A stretch of DNA of 64,000 nucleotides from Spirochaetia bacterium (GTDB lineage: Bacteria; Spirochaetota; Spirochaetia; SZUA-6; Bin103): assembly GCA_965203055.1 (NCBI GenBank), contig OZ241863.1, positions 2,912,001-2,976,000 on the forward strand, given 5' to 3'. Both the position numbers and the translations under genes were made by a program. Position 1 is the first letter of the stretch; each line of letters opens with the position of its first letter. The notes beneath the pieces were generated by a model. It was given only the letters and a program-made list of their open reading frames with translations, was not told where the DNA came from and made no database searches. Below are positions 30,034 to 39,868 of the stretch, piece by piece.

Positions 30034-31524
30034 TTGGGTAGAGCATCGTTGGTATCTCTGTTGCTGGCCGCCGGAATCGCCGCGCTGATGGCCTGTTCCC
30101 AGGCGGCGCGCCCGGCCGCCGCGCCCGCCGCCCCGGCCCAAGGGGAGCCGCCGAGCGAGCCGCCGCCAACGCCGCAGCCGGCAGCTCCGGTAGAGCAGCG
30201 CTGGACGATCGGCGCGGCTGACTTTGGTGACGATGAACCGGACCTGACGGGCGACGCGTCCAGCCGTTCCGCGCCGTATGCCTGGGAGCGGCTCACCGGC
30301 GGCGAGGCGCGCGTTACGGTTTCGATTGGCGGGCACGAGTTGCCGTTCACCAGCACGAGCGCCGAGCCGGTCTTCGCGTCCGATCTCTCCGGCGCGGAGT
30401 GGACGGTTTCCGCCGAGGTCCGGGCGGGCGCACTGGTGCTGGTGCTCACCGCCAAGGATCAGAGGGAAAACCTGGGCTTCGTCGAATCCGTCATGATCAC
30501 GACCCCGGGAAGCGGCTACACGGCGGCCCCGACCGTGACGTTCGCGGCGCCGCCGCCCGGCGGCGCCGCGGCGACCGGCACCGCGGCAACGTCCGGCAGA
30601 GTCGATTCGGTGACGATTACGACCGCCGGGAGCGGCTACCCGGCGGCTCCAGCCGTGACGTTCGCGGCGCCGCCGGACGGCGGCACCACGGCAACCGGCG
30701 CCGCCGAGGTAGGGTCCGGCATCGTCGATTCGGTGACGATTACGACCGCCGGGACCGGCTACACGGCGGTTCCCACCGTGACGTTTACGGGAGGCGGCGG
30801 CAGCGGTGCGGTCGCCACCGCGGTGCGGCAAAGCGGCGTAGCGCGAGTGAATATTTCGGCCCGAGGGGGCTTTTATTCCACACAACCATCCGTGACGTTT
30901 GGCGCGGCGCCTTCCGGCGGCACCACGGCGACCGGCACCGTAGTTCGGCAAGGCACCGAAGTACACGCAGTGACGATCACGAACCACGGGAGCGGCTACA
31001 CGTCCGCCCCTACCGTTTCGTTTTCGGCCCCGAATTTTGGCGGCTCCGGCTTTCAGGCAAGCGGCACCGCGGTACTGCAAACCGGCATAGCGTCGGCGAC
31101 GGTCTCGAACGGGGGGAGCGGCTACACGTCAGCCCCCACCGTGGCCCTCGGGGCAGCGCCGAGCGGCGGCACCACCGCCGCCGGCACCGCGGGCATGCTC
31201 TACGGCGTAGCGTCGGTCGATGTCACGGACGGGGGGCGCGGCTACACCGCTGCCCCTGCCGTGACCTTTGCGGCGGCGCCGGGCGCCGGCACCACGGCCG
31301 CCGGCACCGCGGTCGTGCTCTACGGCGTAGCGTCGGTCGATGTCACGGACGGGGGGCGCGGCTACTTCGTTGCCCCTGCCGTGACCTTCGCGGCGCCGGC
31401 CAGCGGTACCACCGCGACCGGCACGGCCAAGCTGGCAGAGACCGGCAACGATCCATTCCAGAACCTGTATTGGGCGCGCCAGACGCTGGCGGGCAAGCAG
31501 CTTCGGGTGGAGCTGGCGGACTAG
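30034..31524 (+). CDS. Surface lipoprotein with 8 GSGYT repeats (paralogue 2)
   Basis: Same GGAGG/TTG start and signal peptide as 24212; same C-terminus [20 protein letters not shown]. Confidence 0.8.
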   Translation: MGRASLVSLLLAAGIAALMACSQAARPAAAPAAPAQGEPPSEPPPTPQPAAPVEQRWTIGAADFGDDEPDLTGDASSRSAPYAWERLTGGEARVTVSIGGHELPFTSTSAEPVFASDLSGAEWTVSAEVRAGALVLVLTAKDQRENLGFVESVMITTPGSGYTAAPTVTFAAPPPGGAAATGTAATSGRVDSVTITTAGSGYPAAPAVTFAAPPDGGTTATGAAEVGSGIVDSVTITTAGTGYTAVPTVTFTGGGGSGAVATAVRQSGVARVNISARGGFYSTQPSVTFGAAPSGGTTATGTVVRQGTEVHAVTITNHGSGYTSAPTVSFSAPNFGGSGFQASGTAVLQTGIASATVSNGGSGYTSAPTVALGAAPSGGTTAAGTAGMLYGVASVDVTDGGRGYTAAPAVTFAAAPGAGTTAAGTAVVLYGVASVDVTDGGRGYFVAPAVTFAAPASGTTATGTAKLAETGNDPFQNLYWARQTLAGKQLRVELAD

Positions 31525-31538
31525 GCCGGCGGCTGGGC

Positions 31539-32519
31539 TCAACGGAGCAGGCGCCGGCACAGCGACACCGTCTGCTCGACGGCGTGCACGATCAGGGACG
31601 GCCGGCGCCACTCTCGCTCGCTCACCAGCGAACCGTGCATGGGGGGCGCGTTCGGCGGCCGGATCGGGAGCGTGTCGATGCGCAACTCCGCGCTGCGCAT
31701 CACTTCCAGCGCCGTCTGATAGACCAGATAGTTGTCCGGCAGCGGCTCGCCGGAGGCCGACAACAGCGCCGCCAATGCCGGAAAGTCGAGTTCGCGGAAG
31801 ACGCGATAGTGCTGCCGCAGCCGGTTCCAGAACGCCGGGTCGCGCTCGTCCGAGAAGACGAACAACACGGCGCCGTCAGCGACGCCGGCCGCCTGCAGGC
31901 GCTCGCGAATGCGCGCCGGCTCGGTCATGCGGCCGGGGTAGCGCCGGTCGGAGCGGCGGCGCAGGCGCGGATACTCGCGCATGCGGTCGCGCCGGCGCAC
32001 GTGCACGGCGGCGAAGCGTCCGCGGTCGAGCGAGCGCAGCAGTTCGACCACGGGCCGCGCCAGCGCCAACACCTGCGGCGCGGCGCGCAGCCGCAGCCGC
32101 AGCGCGGCCAGCGCCTGCGCCGGCACGTCGACCGCGAACTGGGGATGTTCGATGCGGCGCACCACCAGCCGGTACGAGCCGGCGTCGGGCGGCAGCGCCG
32201 CTCCCGGCGGCACGCGCAAGGCGCGCAGGCCGGCGGTGGCCGGCGCCGGCGCGGCGGCGAGCGGCAGCGGATGCTCGCGCCCGGCGGCGTCGACCAGACG
32301 GCTGCCGCGCAAGTCGAAGAACGACTCCCAGCGCCACTCGCGGCCGATGTTGAAGTTGTACTTCGGTTCCAGCAGCAACGGCGGCAGCAGCGCCCGGCGG
32401 CCGCAGGCGTGCGCCTCGCGCAGCAGGCAGGCCAGGTTGGATGCCTGGTGGTTGAGGCCCGTCACCACGGCGACCGACCGTTCGTAGCGGAGATAGCGCG
32501 GATGCTCGGCGTCCGTCAT
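31539..32519 (-). CDS. O-fucosyltransferase-like glycosyltransferase (GT-B)
   Basis: TGLNHQ..., AAVHVRRRD and LFVFSDE correspond to the three GDP-fucose-binding motifs of fucosyltransferases. Confidence 0.6.
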   Translation of the reverse strand: MTDAEHPRYLRYERSVAVVTGLNHQASNLACLLREAHACGRRALLPPLLLEPKYNFNIGREWRWESFFDLRGSRLVDAAGREHPLPLAAAPAPATAGLRALRVPPGAALPPDAGSYRLVVRRIEHPQFAVDVPAQALAALRLRLRAAPQVLALARPVVELLRSLDRGRFAAVHVRRRDRMREYPRLRRRSDRRYPGRMTEPARIRERLQAAGVADGAVLFVFSDERDPAFWNRLRQHYRVFRELDFPALAALLSASGEPLPDNYLVYQTALEVMRSAELRIDTLPIRPPNAPPMHGSLVSEREWRRPSLIVHAVEQTVSLCRRLLR

Positions 32520-32611
32520 GGCGAAGTGACTGCCACGGCTCGCGCCGAGTCTGACCGACAACGCGCATCGCTGTCCATCATCCGAGGGCCGGCATCGCCT
32601 ATAATCACGGC

Positions 32612-34123
32612 GTGACTTCCTGCTCGGCAGACGGCGACCGGCGCCTGGAGTGGGCCGCGCTTGCCGCCGTGACGCTGATCGGCTTCGGCCTGCGGTGGTC
32701 GTATCTGGGCGACCCGATACGGGTCGACGAGGGGAAGATCGCGGCCTGGGTGCAGTCCTGGACGTTCCGGGAAGTGGCGTCGTTCTACGAAAACATCGGC
32801 AACCACATCCTCCATACGCTGCTCGTGGACCTCTGCCACACGCTGTTCGGGCTGCAACCGTGGAGCATTCGCCTGCCGGCTCTGCTGCCGGGCGCCGCCT
32901 TGATTCCGGCGACCTACCTGGTCGGCGCGGCGCTGTTCTCCCGGCGGTCGGCGCTGCTGGCCGCCGGGCTGGCGGCGGGCGCTCCGTTCCTGGCGTTGTT
33001 TTCGGTGATCTCGCGCGGCTACGTGCTGCAGAGCGCGCTGCTCATGGCGCTGGCGTGGCTGCTGCTGAGGCTTGCCGAGTCCCGGTGGCGGGGCCTGACG
33101 CTCGCCGCCGGCGTCCTCGCCGCCGGCATCGTCGGAGCGCTCGCCCTCCACACCCTTCCCACCACGTTGTTCGCGCTTCCCGGCCTCTACGCCGGCGCGG
33201 CGCTGCGGACGGCGTGGGTCGCCAAGCCGGCCGCAGCGGCGCGGGGCCGGACCGGCAGCGCGGGCCGGCTGCTGCCGGCGCTGGTGGTCACCGGCGGCCT
33301 GGCGCTGCTCCTCTACCTGCCGGTATTCCTGGGGACCGAGTGGGAACGGATCGCGGCCAACCGGTACACCGCGGCGCAGCCGGCGGCCCTGCTCTGGGAA
33401 CGACTGGTGGACCGTATGGCGGGGACCGCCCGGCACTGGGCCTGGGACCTTCCCGTGCCGGCGCAGGCGCTGTGGGCGCTGGCGGCGGGCGCCGGCCTGC
33501 TGGCCGCGGCGCGCCGGCGGCAGGCCTCGTCGGCGTGGTTCGTGGTGCTCGTGATCACTTCGACCGTGGCCTTCTCGGTGGCGCTGCGGCGGGTGCCGCC
33601 GGTGCGCGGCTACCTGTTTCTCATGCCGTTCTTCCTGCTGCTGCCGGCCGTCGCCATCGACGCCGCGGCGCAGCGCCTGGCGCCGGGGCGCGGGGCGGCG
33701 GCAACGCGCTTCGCCGTCCCGCTGCTGGCGGTGCTGCTGGCCGCCGCCGGCGCGGTCTGGACCTGGTCGGGCGGCTGGCTGGAGGCCGAGCGGGGCCTGC
33801 TCAGGGGGCGTTACGCCGGCGCCGAGAGCGCCATGCGGGCGCTTGCGGCGGTGGTGGGCGAACGGGACGTGGTGGCGCCGCCGGCGTGGCCGTATCGCTA
33901 CTACGCCGCGCTGCACGACCTGCCGATCCGCTTCGCAGCCCCCGAGTCAGGAGACATCGGGGCCGGCGACGTCGACAACGTCTACCTGCTGGTCCTGGAC
34001 GGCGACGAGGTGAGCGGCGCCGTCGAGCGGTACGGACTCCGCGACCGGTTCGGGGAGCCGCGCCCGTTCGGCGTGTTCCCGGATCTTCGGGTCTTCGTCG
34101 TCAGCCGGCAGCGCGGCCGGTAA
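32612..34123 (+). CDS. GT-C fold membrane glycosyltransferase (PMT_2/GT39-like)
   Basis: First TM ends LR, followed by a loop with DE (PIRVDE), NHILH, IRLPALL, SRGY; polytopic. Confidence 0.75.
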   Translation: MTSCSADGDRRLEWAALAAVTLIGFGLRWSYLGDPIRVDEGKIAAWVQSWTFREVASFYENIGNHILHTLLVDLCHTLFGLQPWSIRLPALLPGAALIPATYLVGAALFSRRSALLAAGLAAGAPFLALFSVISRGYVLQSALLMALAWLLLRLAESRWRGLTLAAGVLAAGIVGALALHTLPTTLFALPGLYAGAALRTAWVAKPAAAARGRTGSAGRLLPALVVTGGLALLLYLPVFLGTEWERIAANRYTAAQPAALLWERLVDRMAGTARHWAWDLPVPAQALWALAAGAGLLAAARRRQASSAWFVVLVITSTVAFSVALRRVPPVRGYLFLMPFFLLLPAVAIDAAAQRLAPGRGAAATRFAVPLLAVLLAAAGAVWTWSGGWLEAERGLLRGRYAGAESAMRALAAVVGERDVVAPPAWPYRYYAALHDLPIRFAAPESGDIGAGDVDNVYLLVLDGDEVSGAVERYGLRDRFGEPRPFGVFPDLRVFVVSRQRGR

Positions 34124-34132
34124 GGCGGCCCC

Positions 34133-35677
34133 CTACGGCGCGCCCGGCGCCGCGCCGGACGCCGACGCGGGGGCCATGCTGCGCACGCTGGCGATGCGCG
34201 CGGGGGGATTCAGGAGCTTCCACAAGACTTCGTTCATAAAGTCCAGCACCTCGGGTTGCACCGTGGTATTGCGCATCGTCGGGTGCAGCCAGTTCATTCG
34301 CGCCGGATCGAAGTCGGCATCGAGGTGACCGCCGGCGACCGCCATGTCGAACAGTTGCGATCCCGGATAGGGGGTGGCGAGTTGCAGGTTGGCGCGGTAC
34401 ATGCCGGCGTCCATGTGGCGCTTCGCCAGCATGATCGTCGCCTTCATTTCGTCCAGCGTTTCGTCCGGCCAGCCGATGATGTAGTTCCCCCCGACCGTTA
34501 TGCCATTGCGCTGAGCGGTCTCGATGATCGAGACGGTATCGGTCTTGTCGAGGTTGATCTTGCCGGTGGCGTACTTGTCGATGATGCGCTGCGAGGCGGA
34601 CTCGAAGGGCAGGGAAATCTCCTTGAATCCGGCGTGCGCCATCACCTCGAACAATTCCTGATCCGCGACCAGCCGGCCGGATTGCGGGCGGCACATGTGG
34701 ACGATGTTGATGCCGTTCAGGTCCTTCAGCTTCAGACCCTTGCCGATGACTCCGCGGATGATCTGCAGCGCCCGCTTCTTCTTGGCGAGCAGGGAATCGT
34801 CCTCGATGAACACGTACTCGACGTCGAGCGATTGCAGGACGTCGAACTCCTCCATGACGCGGGGGATCGACTTCACCCGCAGCTCGCGCAGGTTGCCGGT
34901 GAACGAACCGACGTCTTCCTTGGAGATATGACAAAACGTGCACTTGAACGGACAGCCGCGGGAGGTCATCAAACTGCCGTACCGGATGCGGTCGCTGCCC
35001 TGAATCCCGCCGCCCTTGGGACGCGCGATGTCCCAGTACCTGTCCAGCGGAGCCAGGTCCCACGCCGGGAACGGCAGTTCGTCCAGATCGTGTATCACCG
35101 ACGTCGACGAGGTGCAGCGCATGGTCCCGTCCCGGAGGAACGCCACGCCCGGAACCGCGGAAAAGTCGCGGGAGCCGCGCCGCAACTGCGCGCCGACCGC
35201 CACGATGCCGCATTCCGCTTCCGACAGGAATACCAGGTCGGCCCCGGCCTGCAGAAACCAGTTCGCCATGTGCCGCGCATTGGTGCCGCCGACCATCACC
35301 AGCTTGTCCGGGTAGGCCGCCTTGATGGCGGTCACCGTCTCCGCGGCCGGGGGCGCCTGAGCGGTGTACAGGTTGGTCAATCCGACCACGTCGAAGTCGC
35401 GGACCGCCGCCAGGATCGCCTCCTGCGTCATGCCGATGCGGGCGCGGCCGTCGGGCAACTGCTCGACCCGGTAGAAGGTATCCTCCAGCGGCGCCTCCGG
35501 CGGACCCACGACCGCGTCCAGGAGTTCCACGTCATACCCGCGGGAACGCAACGCGCCCGCGATGTACAGCAGGCCGAGAGAACCGTCCGGCTTGGCGCTG
35601 TCGTCCGGCCAAAAGGCCATGGGCGGATACATCAGGAGAAACCGGGGGGCGATCCGCCTGCCGGTGATCTGTGCCAT
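34133..35677 (-). CDS. B12-binding radical SAM protein
   Basis: SLGLLYIAG..GG cobalamin-binding region; TSRGCPFKCTFC (CxxxCxxC), FIEDD, IIGWPDET, TPYPGS. Confidence 0.92.
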   Translation of the reverse strand: MAQITGRRIAPRFLLMYPPMAFWPDDSAKPDGSLGLLYIAGALRSRGYDVELLDAVVGPPEAPLEDTFYRVEQLPDGRARIGMTQEAILAAVRDFDVVGLTNLYTAQAPPAAETVTAIKAAYPDKLVMVGGTNARHMANWFLQAGADLVFLSEAECGIVAVGAQLRRGSRDFSAVPGVAFLRDGTMRCTSSTSVIHDLDELPFPAWDLAPLDRYWDIARPKGGGIQGSDRIRYGSLMTSRGCPFKCTFCHISKEDVGSFTGNLRELRVKSIPRVMEEFDVLQSLDVEYVFIEDDSLLAKKKRALQIIRGVIGKGLKLKDLNGINIVHMCRPQSGRLVADQELFEVMAHAGFKEISLPFESASQRIIDKYATGKINLDKTDTVSIIETAQRNGITVGGNYIIGWPDETLDEMKATIMLAKRHMDAGMYRANLQLATPYPGSQLFDMAVAGGHLDADFDPARMNWLHPTMRNTTVQPEVLDFMNEVLWKLLNPPARIASVRSMAPASASGAAPGAP

Positions 35678-35790
35678 TTCGGGTGCTCCTCCTCCGCAGC
35701 CGGCCCGTGCGCTTGCCGGCGCGGCGACGATACCACAGCCGGGCGATTCCGTTCATCCGTCAAGCGGCCGGCCGGCGCCGGGGCGAGGCG

Positions 35791-37359
35791 TCAGGCGCGG
35801 GCCACCTCGAAGGCGGCGATGTTGCGCGCCTCGCGGCTGAACTCCACGCCGAGCAGGTGGATCGGTTCGCCCAGGGCGCGGTACTTCTCCGCGTAGCCGC
35901 GCGCCTGCAACTGCGCCAGCGCGGCGCCCTCCGGCTCCAGCTCCACCACCTTGAACTCGAACAGATAGACGTTGCCCCGGTACCGCACCGCCAGATCGAC
36001 CCGCCCGCGGCTGCTCGAATCCTCGACCGTGACGTCCAGCCCCACCGCCGCGAACCAGGAATAGCAGACGCTCGCGTAGTAGCCCTCGTAGCGCGCGATG
36101 TCGTTGCGCGTGTGCCACTCGTACGGGATGCCGGCGAAGAACGCCCGGAACAGCGCCTCCAGCCCGGCGAAGTCGTTCGCCGCCAGCAGCCGGCGCAAGC
36201 GTGGGCGGTCCGCGGCCTGACCGGCGGCGCCGAGCGCGCGAAGCAGGCTGCGGTTGAGGCTCTGGCGCACCTCGCGGTTGGGATAGCCGAGCCGGTAGAG
36301 CGCCTCGCCATCGTCGTCTTCGACGTCCCGAATGGTCAGGTAGCCGGTCTGGAACAGCAGCGCCGCTGGCTCCATCTCCTCCACGTCGAACGCGGACAGC
36401 AGCTCGGCGCCGGCCAGCATCCCGTCCAGCTCAGGCGAGACGACCCCGCGCTTGATCAGCGCGTCGATCAGAAACGACGGCGTGCCGGTCTCGAACCAAT
36501 GGGCGGCGAACTCCCGGCGGTCGAACAGCAGCAGGATGTCGAACGGGTTGTAGACCCGATCGTCACCGCGCCAGTTGTAGCCGTTGTACCAATCGCGGAT
36601 CTCCTCCCGGTCCAGGCCCGGCAGCTCCGCCGCGAACACCGTGTCGAGGTCGGCCTCGGTGTAGCCGCAGATCGCCGCATAGCGCGGATCCAGCGTGATG
36701 TCGATCAGGTTGTTGAGGCCGGAGAAGACGCTGACCTTGGAGAACTTGCTCACCCCGGTCAGCAGCGTGAAGCGGATGTGCGCGTCGGCGAACTTCACGT
36801 TCGAGTAGAGGCTGCGCAGCAGCCGGCGGTTGGCGGCCGCGATCGCCGGCGTCCCCAGCGCGTCCAGGATCGGCTTGTCGTACTCGTCGATCAGCACCGC
36901 TACCCGTTTGCCGGCGCTCCGGTGCAAGCCCTCTAGCAGGCGCCGGAAGCGGATCGGCGCGGAGGCGCTGCGCGCGCTCGCGCCGGCGGCCGTCTCGAGC
37001 GCCGTCAACTGATCGGCCAAGTCTTCTTGCAGGCCGTCCGGCGCCGCGTAGTCGCCGCCGCCGAAGTCGAGGCGCACCACCGGGCGGCGCTCCGACCACT
37101 CCCAGTGGTCGTGGACGTGCAGGCCGCGAAACAGTGCCTCGCTGCCCTCGAACAGTTCCTTGATGGTGTCGACCAGCAGGCTCTTGCCGAAGCGCCGCGG
37201 GCGCGACAGGAAGTAGTGCTTTCCCTTCTGCGTCAGGCGGAGGATGAAGGCAGTCTTGTCGACGTAGTAGCAGTCGTCCTCGCGGATCTCGCGGAAGGTC
37301 TGGATGCCGGTCGGCAGCTTCCTCCTCGTCATGGGCGCGTCTCGATGCGGCGCGGTCAC
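35791..37359 (-). CDS. AAA-ATPase-like protein with a C-terminal PD-(D/E)XK nuclease (copy 1)
   Basis: LP.GIQTF, YYVDKT, RPRRFGKSL, LIDEYDKP, WFETGTP, GRVDL..LFEFK. Start 37359 (GTG) or 37332 (ATG). Confidence 0.9.
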   Translation of the reverse strand: MTAPHRDAPMTRRKLPTGIQTFREIREDDCYYVDKTAFILRLTQKGKHYFLSRPRRFGKSLLVDTIKELFEGSEALFRGLHVHDHWEWSERRPVVRLDFGGGDYAAPDGLQEDLADQLTALETAAGASARSASAPIRFRRLLEGLHRSAGKRVAVLIDEYDKPILDALGTPAIAAANRRLLRSLYSNVKFADAHIRFTLLTGVSKFSKVSVFSGLNNLIDITLDPRYAAICGYTEADLDTVFAAELPGLDREEIRDWYNGYNWRGDDRVYNPFDILLLFDRREFAAHWFETGTPSFLIDALIKRGVVSPELDGMLAGAELLSAFDVEEMEPAALLFQTGYLTIRDVEDDDGEALYRLGYPNREVRQSLNRSLLRALGAAGQAADRPRLRRLLAANDFAGLEALFRAFFAGIPYEWHTRNDIARYEGYYASVCYSWFAAVGLDVTVEDSSSRGRVDLAVRYRGNVYLFEFKVVELEPEGAALAQLQARGYAEKYRALGEPIHLLGVEFSREARNIAAFEVARA

Positions 37360-37401
37360 GGTCCGGCCATGATAGCCGAACCCCGCGCGGCTATCATCCG
37401 C

Positions 37402-39792
37402 TCATTCGCCGGAGTCGGCCTCACGGCCCTGCGCCGCGGCCGGCGCCGCAATCTCCGCGCTCCAGAGCCGGCCCTGCCCGCTGATGAACTGGCCGGTGCG
37501 GAGGCCGGCGATCTCATACTCCGGCAACGGCGCCAGCGCCACGCACGCCGCGCCGAACCGCGCCCCGTGTTCGTGGTAGTCGAAGTCCCGGTTCTCGAAG
37601 CCGCGCCGCCGGTCTTGCGGGGACAGGTCGCCGGCGTCCGCCGGAATCACGTGCAGGAAGAACCGCGCCCGCAGGTCCTCCGCCGCGCACGGCTCCTTGT
37701 GATATGCCAGCACCCGCCCGTCGAGGTAGAGGTCGAACGCCGCGCGCGCGGCCGGCGCTCCCCAGGCGCCGGAGCGGATCGCGGCGCGCGCCTCCCAATA
37801 GCGCTGCGCGGCCGGTCCGGCCGCGAACTCGACGCTCCAGAGCTGGGGCCAGCCGCGGGTTTCGAATTGCCCGGTACGGATGCGCGTGAACTCGTAATCG
37901 GGCAGTGTCACGACCGCCACGCAGGCGCCGTCGATCCGCGCGCCGCCCTCCCAGAGATAGAAGTCCCGGTTGTCGAACCCCAGCTCCCGCTGGTGGGCGG
38001 GCAGGTCGGCGGCGTCCGCGGGGAAGAGGTGCAGGAAGAACTTCTTCTCATCCAGGTCTTTCACCGGGCAGTTGTCCTTGACGTAGGTCAGCGTGGCGCC
38101 GTCGAGATACAGGTCGTAGTCCGAGCGGGCGACCGGCTCCCGCGAGCGTGCGGCGCGGTACGCTTCCCGGAAGTCTGCGACGGTCGCAGCGTCGATCTGC
38201 GCCGGGTCGAGGGCGGCCACCGTGAGGATGGTGTTGTGGTAGATGCGGCGCGCATAGACCGCGGGCGAGAACGGGAAGCTGCGGCGGTGATTGGCGCGAG
38301 TATGATTGGTGATGGCGTAGTGATGGTTCGCCGCGGCGTCATGCGCGCGGTCGGTGATGACGACTCTGCGGCGTTCGGTTGCAGGGAGTATGCGCAGATT
38401 GGCGCTGACGAGCGCGTGTCGCCAGTTCTTCGCCGCAACGACGTGGATGGTTTCCTGCGGGTGGCGGCGGAGCAGATGCTCCAGCCCTTCGCGGTAGGCC
38501 GGCCCCCAGTACTCCATCTCGTAGCGGGTACGCAGGTATTCGGGGGTGCGGCGGTCGACCAGGAAGTTGAAGTACACCGTCTGATGGGGGTGGATCAGCG
38601 CCATCTCGACCGCGGCCGCGGCCAAGCCCGCCGCGGCCAGCGCGTAGATGCCGCGCCGGAGCCACGGCCGCCGGCGCGCGGCGGCCAGCAGTCGGCGCAG
38701 GCCGTAGACCGCCAGCAGGGCCAGCGGAGCGGCCAGGAAGTACATCTGCCGCCAGCCGTTGTAGAGGTTGGCGTCGACCGCGATGACGGCCGCGGCCGGC
38801 AGGGCCAGACAGGCGACCAGCAGCGCCCCGAAGCGCGTGACGGGGGTGTTGCGGAGGACCTCGCGCGGGCGCGTCAGGCTGCGCGCGAACACGGCGACGA
38901 TTCCGGCCAGGCTCAGCAGCAGCGCCGCCGGCGGCGTGGTGATCGCCATCCAGGTCGGCAGGTAGTGCGGCGGAACCTCCGGCCAGCGCACCATTTCGCC
39001 TTGAAACAGTGTTGGAATAGGGGAGGGATGGCGCGCGAACGTGACGACGGCGTCGATCAGCTCGAACGGGTCGCGCCAGAGATGGGGGGAGACCGCGTAC
39101 AGGGCCGCCGCCGCGGCCAGCAGGAACGCGCCGGCGGTCGCCAGCGCGCGCCGCCGCTCCGCCGGCCCATGCGCCTGCAGCAGGTCGAGCGCCCGCAGCG
39201 CCGGCACCGCGGCGCACAGCAGCAGGCCCATGATCCGCAGGTTGACCAGCACGCCCACGCCCACCCCGCAGAGCGCGAACGCGCCGGCGGTGTCGCGGCG
39301 GAAGGCGCGCTGCACCAGATAGAGCGCGATCATGAACATGACCAGGAAGGGGATGTCCTTGGTGTTGAAGAAGGAGTGGGCGTACAGGCGGGGCTGCAGC
39401 AGGAACAGCAGCAGGGCGAACAGCGCCAGGCGGCGGTCGCGGAACAGGCGGAAGGTCAGCAGCCAGCAGAAGAAGCCGCCGGTGAGGAAGAACAGGTGGG
39501 TCAGCAGGTGGCGGCTGAGGTAGACGGCGCGGCTGTCGGTGAGGCCGAGCAGCCGTTCGACCAGGATCAGCGGCGCTTCGAACGCGACTCCGTAGTAACG
39601 GTTGTGGTCTGCGGCCAAGGCGCCGGCGTCGCCTTGCGCGTAGGCGACCGCCGCCTGGCCGATGCTGCGCTGGCGGTGCTCATCCCACGATATGCCGTAG
39701 TCGTCGAGGACGGCGGCGCCAATTGCCGTGAACGCGATGAGCGCGATGAACGCGTCGCGCCACGGCAGCCGCCGAGGCGTATCCTGCGGCAA
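37402..39792 (-). CDS. GT-C/PMT-like membrane glycosyltransferase with two C-terminal Cys-paired modules (paralogue 1)
   Basis: YGISWDE loop, HSFFNTKDIPF, LYNGWRQ, YFN..EYWG; two FDLYL..KxPC..FFLH..TGQF..LWS modules. Start uncertain. Confidence 0.8.
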   Translation of the reverse strand: MPQDTPRRLPWRDAFIALIAFTAIGAAVLDDYGISWDEHRQRSIGQAAVAYAQGDAGALAADHNRYYGVAFEAPLILVERLLGLTDSRAVYLSRHLLTHLFFLTGGFFCWLLTFRLFRDRRLALFALLLFLLQPRLYAHSFFNTKDIPFLVMFMIALYLVQRAFRRDTAGAFALCGVGVGVLVNLRIMGLLLCAAVPALRALDLLQAHGPAERRRALATAGAFLLAAAAALYAVSPHLWRDPFELIDAVVTFARHPSPIPTLFQGEMVRWPEVPPHYLPTWMAITTPPAALLLSLAGIVAVFARSLTRPREVLRNTPVTRFGALLVACLALPAAAVIAVDANLYNGWRQMYFLAAPLALLAVYGLRRLLAAARRRPWLRRGIYALAAAGLAAAAVEMALIHPHQTVYFNFLVDRRTPEYLRTRYEMEYWGPAYREGLEHLLRRHPQETIHVVAAKNWRHALVSANLRILPATERRRVVITDRAHDAAANHHYAITNHTRANHRRSFPFSPAVYARRIYHNTILTVAALDPAQIDAATVADFREAYRAARSREPVARSDYDLYLDGATLTYVKDNCPVKDLDEKKFFLHLFPADAADLPAHQRELGFDNRDFYLWEGGARIDGACVAVVTLPDYEFTRIRTGQFETRGWPQLWSVEFAAGPAAQRYWEARAAIRSGAWGAPAARAAFDLYLDGRVLAYHKEPCAAEDLRARFFLHVIPADAGDLSPQDRRRGFENRDFDYHEHGARFGAACVALAPLPEYEIAGLRTGQFISGQGRLWSAEIAAPAAAQGREADSGE

Positions 39793-39868
39793 TTGCGGCA
39801 GTAGCGGCGGTCGGTTCAGTGCGATGGCAGGCCCCCTGCTTCGACCACGCCGGCGCCGGGGCGGGGCG

